DNA of 63,581 nt, the filler included, from Platydemus manokwari (lineage: Eukaryota): NCBI GenBank assembly GCA_037951405.1. It is 6 parts of 6 records of this genome, joined end to end, with 100 filler letters (N's around TTAATTAATTAA, not from the genome) between each part and the next. Parts side by side here need not be neighbours in the genome. Positions count along the whole stretch, not along the records: positions 43,585 to 54,242 come from JBBMOY011115997.1; positions 54,343 to 63,581 come from JBBMOY011278873.1; 4 more parts are not named here. One strand, written 5' to 3'. Positions 52,531 to 63,581 of this stretch are shown here, piece by piece; position 1 is the stretch's first letter, and every line of letters begins with the position of its first letter. Position numbers and translations under genes: made by a program. The notes beneath the pieces are model-generated. The model saw nothing but the letters and a program-made list of their open reading frames with translations, ran no database searches and was not told the origin of the DNA.

Positions 52531-54242
52531 GGATAAATAAGCTTTAGGCAAGACAATGATATTCCAGTAATTAATTATATAATAGGCATTAATTAATGAA
52601 AAAACAGTTAAAATTTATTACATACTAATTAAAAATACTAATATATGTTGATATTTCAAAAACAATAAAAGTAAGACAGATAGATATAATTTAAAAAGTT
52701 TCTTACGGTTTTAGTAGTGATTTTAAAATTTTCTTTGTGTTTATTTCCATTTATAATAAATAAAACTCATAATTAAAAAATAAATATTTTAAAAACGCAA
52801 TTTAAAATTTGATATTGCACTACTTTTATGCACATTTCAGAAACCAATAAATCTCAAAATCCAAGTACACCCACAATGGATTTTAGAAAGGGATTTTCTC
52901 AAATTACACTTAACCATTATCATCATTGGTTATAACTTTAAAAATTTATGATCATATTTGATTTGCTCTTAAAAAACTAAATAACATTTAATAACTGTTC
53001 TTTGGGTTTAATGATTGTCATAAAAATATGACCGACAAATTTAGCGAACCAAATTTACCCATACATTCACACGAAAACACCAAATATTATTAATAATCCC
53101 AGGAATTGTAATATTTATGAAAATTAGACTGTTATAATTTGTGAGTCAACAAAAAATTGAACAGATATGAAGGCTAGTTGAGTGGTTGAAAAAAAAACTT
53201 GAAAACTTCATTGAAAAATAGTTATGTGCTTCATGAAATAATAAAGTAGAAATACAGATTTATCCATACCAGTCATTGCATTCTTCTCAATTCCTAAGGA
53301 AAGGAAAAACCCATCTATATTGGATCACATTTATTATCTACATCTCTAACATTTGCACGAAAAGAATACAGTAATGAAAATCGGCATATAAATAATTCAG
53401 TTAAAAATTTTTTTTTCACGGTGAATACCAATTTCCTCTTCAGTGAATCGGTTTGGTTAAGAAACCGGGGGTGAGTAGCCTTAAATAAGGAACACATTAT
53501 TCTGTGATATAAATTTCGTAAATTTGAATTTATACTTTATGCATCAGAATATTGAATTGGATATAAGTTTGACACTTGTATTATTTAGCAATGAAATCTG
53601 AGTATATCCAATCATAATATTTGACATAATATTGTCATTGTAATAGGATGGAAATGTCAAGCGTTGTGATAATAGAAAAATTATAACACGTCTACCATGA
53701 TATTTTGCTGGCATAGTTAGAACGGGTTTTGAGGATTCAAATCCCCCATCGGGATTAGAAAAAAAATACTTTATCATCAGACAAGTATTAAATTTTGGAT
53801 GATATGCACTGGAAAAAATTTCAAAACAAATAACCCCATAAATTAACAAGAATAATTAATTATAAATTCATAAAGCATTTTTTTGCTGATGTGGAACAAA
53901 AATGTCTTGTTTCGAAAATTTGTTTCGTGTTGGTGTTCTATTGGATTGATAGGAACACTTAATTGCTTTATGCTACTATAAGCAGAAATGAATTTTATTT
54001 CAGATAAATCATCAACTAAGCTATACTTGAAAATTAACAAGCTTTCCATAATCATGGTAGATAATTTATTTTGTCGATATGTTTATTAGTAAATTAGTGG
54101 AAAATCTTTAGATGAGAGGTATGGAAAAGACACAAACAAAGAATCAAATAAATGATTTCATATTTTTATTAGAATGATTTTGTTTTATTTATCAATTATC
54201 AATTATTTGTCTAATTTTTTTTATAATCGTCTAAAAATAATT

Positions 54243-54342
54243 NNNNNNNNNNNNNNNNNNNNNNNNNNNNNNNNNNNNNNNNNNNNTTAATTAATTAANN
54301 NNNNNNNNNNNNNNNNNNNNNNNNNNNNNNNNNNNNNNNNNN
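54243..54342. other. Artificial contig linker N44-TTAATTAATTAA-N44
   Basis: Same 100-bp spacer. Confidence 0.95.
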
Positions 54343-55844
54343 ATCAATTTTAGTATTACACCACCTATCTGGAAGAAGTTATTATTTTAAGAAGTATGAC
54401 TCATCTTATATTTTAATACTATATTTAGATTTATAATGAAATTGTTATTAACATTATTCCTGACAAATGATTTAATTCACTTCTCTATGTTCGAGCGATA
54501 ATTATTGCGAAGTTATTTTCTATTGCTCTTGGATTTGTTATTTATGTTTATCATTGGCTTTTGGTAGTCTTACTTATTGAAATAATGAAGTACTAGTAAT
54601 GTTGTTATTTGAAAAAATCTAATTTTATTCAGAAAGCATTGAAAGTAAGTGCATATATAAGAATTATTTTATTTTAATTAATAATATCTTAAGAAAATTT
54701 TCTTATGATTTAAAAATTTACCACATTAAGTCAGATAATTTGTTCGAAAAATATTTATTCAAATTAAAATTTGTAATGATTGGAATACGATGTAAAAGAT
54801 AGTTTGATTATAAATGTCAGAAATAAAATCTGCTGAGTTTGAAAACAATTAACTACCTTTCATGTTATATTTTCTATAGCTATGTTGCTTGAAAACATTG
54901 ACAGCAACGTTGAACTCCAAAGTGAGTTAGAGAGAATATTTCAGTTAGTGCTCAATTAACTGTCGATTGAATTGTTTATATTCAAATAAAATGTGTAAAA
55001 TTAATAATTCCAATAAATGATTTGTATATATTTTATGATTGATTAATTTTTTTATTGTAATCCGACATAGATTCGATTCTTAAATTGGTTTAATTCAACA
55101 ATTAATTTGTGACTTTCATTCTTGTAACTCTTCTTGGGATTGGTCTATGTTACTGTGTGACCATGTCCAATTTTCGAATTAGAATTTCACATTTAAGTCA
55201 GCTGTGATTGGCTGGTTGATAAACCTGTGAGGTTGTGAGAGCAAGATAATGTTTAAAGTGCTACAATAAGGTTTCCAAAGTACAAAATTGTTTTTTGCAA
55301 GATTTCGTATCTACTCAACACTAGCAATGAATGATATGTCTAAAAAATGATCCCTTGACAACATATTGAATATTTATGCCTCAACGGATATTGAGTCTTT
55401 TAAGGTGCCCAGTCTACACAATAAAATCTATTACTGGTAGTCTTTCATTCATCATTTAGTTTCTGAGAATCATGTCATCTATAATAAAAACTTAAAGCTA
55501 CGTGCTTATCAAACGCACTGGTTTGTTCTTTTTTGGATTAAATTCTGCTCCAACACTATTAGCTCTGGATGCAAAAAGTGCAGCCTTAAAGAGTTGTTTG
55601 CTTATAATTATTCTTCATCATATTTGTGACTTTCATTCTTGTAATTCTTCATGTCTTTTGGAATCAGTTGTGAATCTTTCCATATGAATTTTACTGGTTG
55701 TCATTCATCCAATAATTTGTTGGTGTTGTTGATTATTAGAATGTGTGTAATACTTTTATTAAATGATTTTTGGGGTGTTGGTGGCTTTATTATTAAATGA
55801 TATTCTTGCTTTCGTTTAGTTATTTGGCGCGATTTAATCTAAAT

Positions 55845-56250
55845 CCACTGGTCCTAAAGGGGCTTCAACAACTGGTAGTGAAGACCAAGCTGTTGGAAAA
55901 TAAATTTAACGTATTGATTTTCGGATTGTAGCACACAGAATGCGTTGTCTCTCTGGGCCTAAAATAATATGAGATTTAAAGTCTATCGGTAGTTAGTTAG
56001 ATATATGAAGTTTACGATGATACAATAATTCGATTACCCTTGCTACCTTCGAAATTAGCTAATAATTATTAATGCGACGTAATGAGAACGCAACTTGGGA
56101 TATCAAAAATATTTATTTAGGAAAATGAATATAACAATTATTATAAAAAAAATGTACACAAAAATTGAGCAAATATCTCGTACCTTGCCTCAGCGCTTAA
56201 CGAGTAATCCGGTAAACAGACGGAGATTGTTAATGATACGGAGAGAAGAT
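55845..56250 (-). repeat. Dispersed LTR-like repeat, copy B
   Basis: Reverse complement shares the ordered blocks of 34560-34980 and reads ...TTTTCCAACA-GCT-TGGTCTTC (LTR end + PBS-like spacing). Confidence 0.6.
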
Positions 56251-57655
56251 ATTATTTCATAGAATTAATAAATTCGATTATTATTATGTTATCAAAGATA
56301 CCGCTTTTAAATTAAATTGTTAAAGCAAATGAATGATTAAAATGTGATAGTAGAAAATTAACTCTGTGTTTATGATAACAACTCGGCAAAAATCCAAATT
56401 GCATAAAAATCCCAGAAAAGCTGTTGGTTATTCCGATATCTCCTGACAAATGGTCCAAAAGGATGCTCGAATAAGATTTCGGCTGCGATATGATTTCTAT
56501 AAATTTTTTCTGTAAAGAATTATTAAACGCAGCTGTTAATATGTGAAATTAACATGCATCCACTATCTCCGTAGACCACAATGATCGCTGATATTGTAAT
56601 GTGTTTACAATGATTAACTATAGCAGTGTATTTTCTTCGCTGTTTTCTAGTGATGTTGATGTGGTGCTCATCTCATGACCAACGCCGTTATTTATATGTG
56701 TTGATCACGTCCACCCCCCCACACGGCTCTTCATGCCGATCATTTATTTTACCATTTTTTCACACGCTTTGTATGAATAAATAATAATGTTATCTTATTC
56801 TTATTATCCATTGTAATCGACTTTCTGAAATTTATTATATTTCTTATTATTTTTCTATCTGTCTTGTTATTTATTATTATTATTTTGTAATATTTAACTT
56901 GATATTAATTATTGTTCATTTGTCTATATTATTTATTATTTATTTAATTTCATTATTTATTACTTATTTATTTCTCTCCGTATCTTTATCTCCACCGGAT
57001 TTTAACATAAAAACCATAATAATAATAAATTAGCCAACTAATATAACATATAAAGCACAATGTTTAGTTACTATAATGAAAGCAATTAATCAGAGTGAGA
57101 GCAATTAATCAGTTAATGTTATTGATCACGATTGTCACAATTGTTGCTTTCGGATAACATTGTTGGCATAATTGGCTGTCATTGTTGATTGGATTCATTA
57201 TTTGATTTATCAGCAGCAGGTCAGTCCATACTCGGGGTCAATGTATATTTTTAGGTTATAATATATGTACAGACGTTAGAAGGGTGTATATTTGTAGGGT
57301 GTTTGTAGAGGGTGTTTGTAGGGTGCGTATATCCAACAATATGAATATTAATTGAATATTATTTAATAAATAAATAAATAGTATCAAGATGTGTATATAA
57401 AGGCTATAATAAATTGATAATATCGAGGAGCCCAGGTGGAAATAATATGTTCTGATTAACAAAAAGTTGTAAGTACTCAGAATTAAACTATTTAACTCGG
57501 CTCACAGTTATTCTATTTGATAATAATGACCTATTATTCGTAGTCAAAAGTTCTTTCGCTGTATAGTATAGTATACTTTTTCGGCCTAAATAAACTTAAT
57601 TTTAATCTAACAAAAATAAATAAATGACAAAAAAATTGTTATAATTTAATAATTA

Positions 57656-58210
57656 TTACACATTATTTTCGGTATACCATGTTTCAAAATATGGCGCAGG
57701 ACACAGCGCAGGTTTTGATATGCAATTCTTGCAGCAATATGACGTTTCCTTCCGTATTCCCTGTTTATAACATTGTTTACAACGCCGAAAAAATGTTTTT
57801 CGCTGATAATTTTCAGGACGGGAAATTTTCTCAGGAAAGTGCTGTGTTTCATTATAGTTTAATTCATTCGTTTGGATTCGTGCACCTTTAAATGGAACCG
57901 AAGACTTTCCATGCTGTTTATAATTTATACCAGTTAGAGATCGTATGATTGCTTTCCTTCACTGCTCCCTTCGCAACCACTTGCATACTGCTGCAAGTCG
58001 TGTAATAAGTGGAAAACAAAAGTCAACCGAAAGAATTGTTTCCAAAACATTGCACTAGTCTTCTATTTGTACGCCGGTAAATGCACATTTGTGCCGTTAT
58101 AGCCGCATTGTCCAAAAAAGACCGTTTCGTTTTAGACGGCTATTGCCGTCTTGCCATAGAGTGAACTTCGCTTTGACAGTTATAGACGCAAGTGTCCGTC
58201 AACATGTTAA
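57656..58210 (-). mobile_element. piggyBac transposase C-terminal relic (cysteine-rich domain), probably an internally deleted element
   Basis: A minus frame missing from the ORF track reads RKAIIRSLTG...QHFPEKI...RRCKQCYKQGIRKETSYCCKNCISKPALCPAPYFETWY...TAA (57656-57658). TTAA at 58207-58210 is a possible end; the opposite TIR was not found. Confidence 0.8.
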
Positions 58211-61200
58211 ATATTTTTCGTAGTTGATTTTATAAATCAACTACGAATTTAAAATTTAGCCATGAGTAATCTATTACACCAATCTTTATTTAATTCTACT
58301 TAAGTGAAAATCATTGTTTCTACGATTTGTTTTCTGTTTGAATTGTACCTACATGTATGCCTTTTGTTTATTTTATGGTTAAAAATATAATCCATTTTAT
58401 TTATTTTAACTCAGAATTATTTATCAATGCTGAATTTTTTATATTTGATAATACTTAATTCCTTAAATATGTGTGACAGATATTTAATTGTTTCAATTCA
58501 CAAAGATAAATCAAATCTTTACAATTTTTTATCAAATAATGTGATCAAATATCATATTTGAAAAGTCATCAATTATCAGATTATCAAAAGTAATATCAGG
58601 TATAATAGTCAAATATCAAATAGTCTAATAATTGTATTTGGATTGGTTTGAAATATTTTGATTTGAATTGTTTCTGATTGGGTTTGTCAAATTTAGGTTC
58701 GGGCATTATTATAAAATTCAATGAAATCAAATTACTCTTAGTGGAAGTGTCTGGAAGATTTTTGGAGTCGAAGTCGTATTATCAGTAAATGATAGGTTTT
58801 GAATGTGCTTTGTTTATTTAATTTTTGTTTCCCATATGCCTTGTTTATTTTCTATTTTCTTACTGATTTTCTTTATTTCATCATAGAAACATATGTATTT
58901 GTGTCAAACTGAGACCAGTCAGTGTATGTGTCGTTGTGTTATCATTTTGTTTGATTGGTGATCTTGACTATTTGACATTGCAGGTATGCATGTATGTAAA
59001 ATATCGATCTTATAAAATCAGCAATTAAATTTTTTAATAATTCCAAAAACGATATTTTAAACTGAAGTAAATGAAAAAGAAAGGTGTAAAGTACAAAACT
59101 AAAAATGTAGTATATAGGTGGCACCATTCTAATTATAATCCAAATCTACTAAAAAATTGAGTACTCCGCATTTCCAAGTATTGTCTGGTTTTCTTTCGTA
59201 AGATAAGTGGAAAATTTAAAATAAATTTTAAATTCCATTTTTTATTATTTTTGAAAGTTTAAACCTTTGAAATCTCTTCAGAAGATAGTTATTTTCACAT
59301 CATGTATACTGACTTCTTTTATGATTTTAATTCTCTACAAAATATCCAAAATCGATATTTGAAGCTTTCGACCATTTGTAGCTTTGCAACCATTTTCAAT
59401 ATTTTCAGTTTTATAATTACTTTTAGCTCTTTAATTCTGTATCATTTCTAAATATTTAAAAATTGACAAAAAATTAAGGTTTCGAACCTTTATATTTTCG
59501 TGTTAGAGGTTTGATAACAATAAAGGTAGGATGATAATTAAATTATAATCAGAAATTTTAAAAGCTTAAGTAATATATGATAAATTTGATTCAAACAGAT
59601 TAAAGTTTGAAGTTGCTTATAATTGCCGATATAAAATAATTATAATATTGTTAGTTTATTAAAATAATATAAAATTTAATAAATTGTTATTATTCAAAAA
59701 TCGTGGTGACGAGTTCGATTAGTCAGATAACTGAATGATATTATGATCTTACTATAAAAATCAAAGTTTCTTTAATTTATGGACAGAGTTCATTTTAATA
59801 ATAGTAAAATTGCTTCGAAAATAAAAGAATGACTATTTGATAAACAATAATCAAAATAGTTTCAAAAGTAAGAAGTGTTAAATGTAAATTGATCCATTCA
59901 CAAATAATTTCAAATACAATCTTCGTCTGTAAATTCAGGTATTGGAATTTTTGTGCTGAAATTCATGTGTAACTAATAAAACGACTGCTTATATTAGATT
60001 TTATTTTTGTGTTTTGTTGTTGTGTGCTTTGGTAATCAAGCCGATGTTCTTTGTTTTAATGTTGTAAGCTTTTACAGTAGTTCTTATCTGAACAAAGCTC
60101 TAATGTTTAAAAATTATTGTTTTTCTTTATTTTGTACTATCCTTGTTTGTGCATGTTTCATTGTCATACAAAGAACGTGTTTCAAAAATTTATTTCTTTT
60201 GTTTATATATATAATTTTTATTTATTTTATACGCGGATCTCACAATATTTAGATCATGAATACCTGAAAAGCAATAAACAATAAGACTGTGAACTCAATG
60301 AAAACAATTATGAATTAATTTAAATAGAAACATCATATAACTTAAAACGATACCAATATTTTATACTATGATGTGGTAGTCTAAAACAAAAATTTAAACA
60401 GTAAAATGCCCAATAATTCTCTTAATGAAAATGATGGTTTTATGAAATGTTTTCTTATTTTCTCATTGTTTTCTTTAGTTATTGAAAATATCTTCATAAT
60501 ATGATTTGAAAATTTTCGCAAATAATTGAAATCGACTAATTTTAATTTTGTTAGTAAGAATTGTGCTGAGGAATATTTTGTACAGATATATGTTGTGATA
60601 AATTTTACTTTGGTTCTCACCATGTGGTGTGTCACTGTTTCTGATTAGAATCATTTTACTAATTTTAGTTCTATTTTTATTTTATTACAATGGGCTATGT
60701 TTAGCAAAATTTGATTCTATTTTTGTCAGCATGTTTATTTTTGATAACAAAAGAGCTGATTTATCTTTGTTATGATTGAAAAGTTTATGTATTGAAACAA
60801 TCCAAGAACATTAAAGTTTTTATATTGTTAGTTTTTATTCCGTATTTTTGTAATACTTTTAAAAGGTTTAAATTTATTTTTAGTATTAGTTTATTTTAAA
60901 ATATATTTTAATATTCTATGCTGCACATTTTAAGTTTCTGATTTTAGGAGTTACTTTTCTAAAAATTATTATTTTTAATCATAATTTATATTTAAGTATT
61001 TAAATTTTAGGTATATTATATTATTTTTTATTTTACGATTTTCATTACTCTGGGTGCTTTTTATTTCCATAATGTCTAATTTTTTTTACAGTTTTCTTAC
61101 AGAATAATCGAAATAATTACATCAGCACAAAGCATGTACATACAAAAATATTGCAACAATGCAGCAGAGGTATTCACGATCATTCAATGTCGAAATCATG

Positions 61201-62936
61201 GTAGAACTCTCATTAATAATTGCAAATTGTTAGAGTTGTATTTGATTGTTGTTAATCGATATTTATTGTCATCTTGGTTCAGTTGTAGTATATCATTTTC
61301 TTTTTCAGTCGTACATATCTTTCTTTCGAAATTTTCGTGCCCCATTTGATTTCACATGTAAATCTGATGATTGTGATTTGCTATATTTTTAAAAAATTAT
61401 TAATTTGTGAATTTGTATTTTTTTATGTCATTTTAATTGATCAAAATTGACTTCGTCTAGCATAGGTCGATTTCATTGACAAAGGTGCTCTCCTTTTTAA
61501 ATTCAAATGTCCAAAGCATTTTATAATCGCATAGTTATATTTTCATTATCAGTTTTGAATACAGAACAATTTTATGTTATTTCAACCATCATATTTTTGT
61601 ACTCAATTTGTTTGAATTCATTTTTCGCCATTCTTTTTAAATAAAGTATTATTTTTTGAATTAAGATTTTCTCTGAATGGGTATAATAATCTGACATAAA
61701 AAAATTCAAACCGACTACGTCGTAACAAATCTTTATTTTTGTTCATCGTAGATTTTTATAAAGTTTGGTTTAGATACAAAAAAATGAAAAGATTCTCCAT
61801 CTATTTCAAGAAAAGTTTTAAAATTCTCACAATTATTCTGAAGTACTAGAAAAAAATATGATAAAGCTCCGAATTTTCTCCGAATGAAGACCCAAAACAT
61901 TTAAAGGCTGGCTTACTTAAAATTCTACATATAAAATTTAAGTTTTATATAAATATTCAAAAATTTAACAATCTTTGAATTCGAAGGTATTAAATTACTT
62001 CTCTCCATGCTCAGGGCTTGCTCATTGTGACTGTTGAAATTGTGTTCTTTGGTATTACAAATAACTGTTGAAAATATTATGTACTAGTTTGTTGCAAATA
62101 TTTATTGATTAATTACAAGTGCTGCTCAGCACCAATACAAATACCAATAAATAACACTTCTACTTTACTAGGCTTAAATGGCAATAATCTATATTTCTTA
62201 TGACATTCATAGTCAAAGATATGTCTGTTGCGTATGCTCAACTTCTATTCGATGTTTTGATTTCTAAGGTTTCGATTAATGTTTTAATTTTGTTTCATAT
62301 ATGGTCATATGAAATCTAAATAAGTAATTTAGTGGTCAGTTGCTTGTAATTAATTGATTAATGCTCTGTTTCTGATTGTCGTATATTTGAATATGAGTAT
62401 TTTGTTGATTGTTGTTGTTTTGCTTAATTTGGTTTACCTATCATTGTCATATGAAAATTGGAATTAATTAATGTGATGATATCATAATTTCTCTACAATT
62501 TATACGTTTGAAAAATACTGATATTTGAAAATGTTGATAAGTTAGAAATGGTCATTAAATATACTGTCGATTAATGTTTATTATTACCGAATTTGAAATT
62601 TATCTGAATCTGTAGTCGGAAAGTTTTAAAAAACACGGTACCATATAGTCCAAGTTTTCACTTTAGACACTACTTGAATATTATTTTTTGATACTTAAAT
62701 TGGTGCAATTTTATAAATTAGGTATTTACTTTACCATTTGTTAGTTTGCTTAGGATTATTTTCAGATAAAAGAGGTTATTATTAAATTTCCTTATCAATT
62801 CTTATTCTGAAATGTGTTGTTACGGCTTATAAGATTGCGACAATTGTATCCAGCGTGGTCATGGGAATTTATTTACGTGTAAACCTTAACTTATAAGTGG
62901 TATTGATTGATTGGAAGGTACGACTGCATATAGATT

Positions 62937-63143
62937 TTATCTTGAATTCACTGTTTCTTGAATCCATATGATAGCTTTACAGAATCTTTTTGAACAACTA
63001 AAAGCCGTATTTGTTATTTCTATTTTCTGAATATAAATTTGTATGGGTTGAATTATATGGGTTGACATTCTGGTAATTGTTTTCAATTCATGTTTTATGA
63101 AACCACAGCAGCTTACGAATGTGATTAATAACAAATAATTCAT
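62937..63143 (-). pseudogene. Possible pogo/Tigger (DDE_1) transposase relic
   Basis: ITRMSTHIIQPIQIYIQK resembles the P-x-x-x-T-x-x-L-Q-P-L-D motif, with the Asp lost; downstream WI. Confidence 0.3.
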
Positions 63144-63581
63144 TCAAATACTTAACAATTCTTTACTTAATGATACTGATATAACGTAAATACCTACATA
63201 AAATGTGATCCAATATTTAGCCTGTTAAATACCTGTAATGGCTTACAGGGAGTATGAGTTAAAATTCAATGACGCAATCTAGTATCACCTGACTTTATTT
63301 GGATGAATTTCTAAAGGCTATTTTGCAATAGATTAATAATGCTGGGTTGTATGTGATGTTAAAAGTTGTTTTCAACTCAACAGCGTGAGTTCCCTTGCTT
63401 TATTTATCGTGAAAGATCGTAAATAAATAACACTAAAATTTATTAAAAACTTTATTTAAAAACAAGTTCACTGAAAAATTTAATTCAAACGATTAGTTCA
63501 CTTTAAGAAATTTATATAAAACAAATAGGTAAGGTTATCTCACAGATACCGTGAGAACCCGAAACTTGCACCTTAAATTTT

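Noticed and set aside
36065-60635. Short F/I/L/K/N-rich ORFs across the AT-rich segments
   Set aside because: Composition expected by chance in very AT-rich DNA; no motifs or splice support.
61080-61350. Possible MULE SWIM zinc-finger relic on the minus strand
   Set aside because: Cys spacing works only with several assumed frameshifts.

Overview
AT-rich, intron-containing animal (invertebrate-like) DNA. The window is not one continuous locus: five artificial 100-bp linkers (N44-TTAATTAATTAA-N44) join six segments whose true adjacency is unproven. The main element (1-~7520, minus strand) is a degenerate Ty3/gypsy LTR retrotransposon with an unusual layout: Gag (capsid C-terminal part, three CCHC knuckles), an uncharacterised ~400-codon region, a chuvirus (Jingchuvirales)-like envelope glycoprotein, then protease, a dUTPase-like module, RT, RNase H and integrase. 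The glycoprotein lies upstream of pol, and its membrane anchor runs into the protease with no stop in one 504-aa ORF. Once point stops and frameshifts are repaired, no non-coding spacer is needed between Gag and IN, which suggests one Gag-X-Env-Pol polyprotein. Host genes reconstructed by splicing: DPH3 (complete), NDUFAF4 (complete), RMND5/GID2 (3' exons), kinesin-1 heavy chain (3' nine exons) and the first two exons of a secreted discoidin-domain protein. The rest holds TE relics (hAT MITEs, mariner ends, piggyBac, an RLE non-LTR fragment, LTR-like repeats) and simple repeats. All homology calls come from motif recognition by eye; no searches were run.
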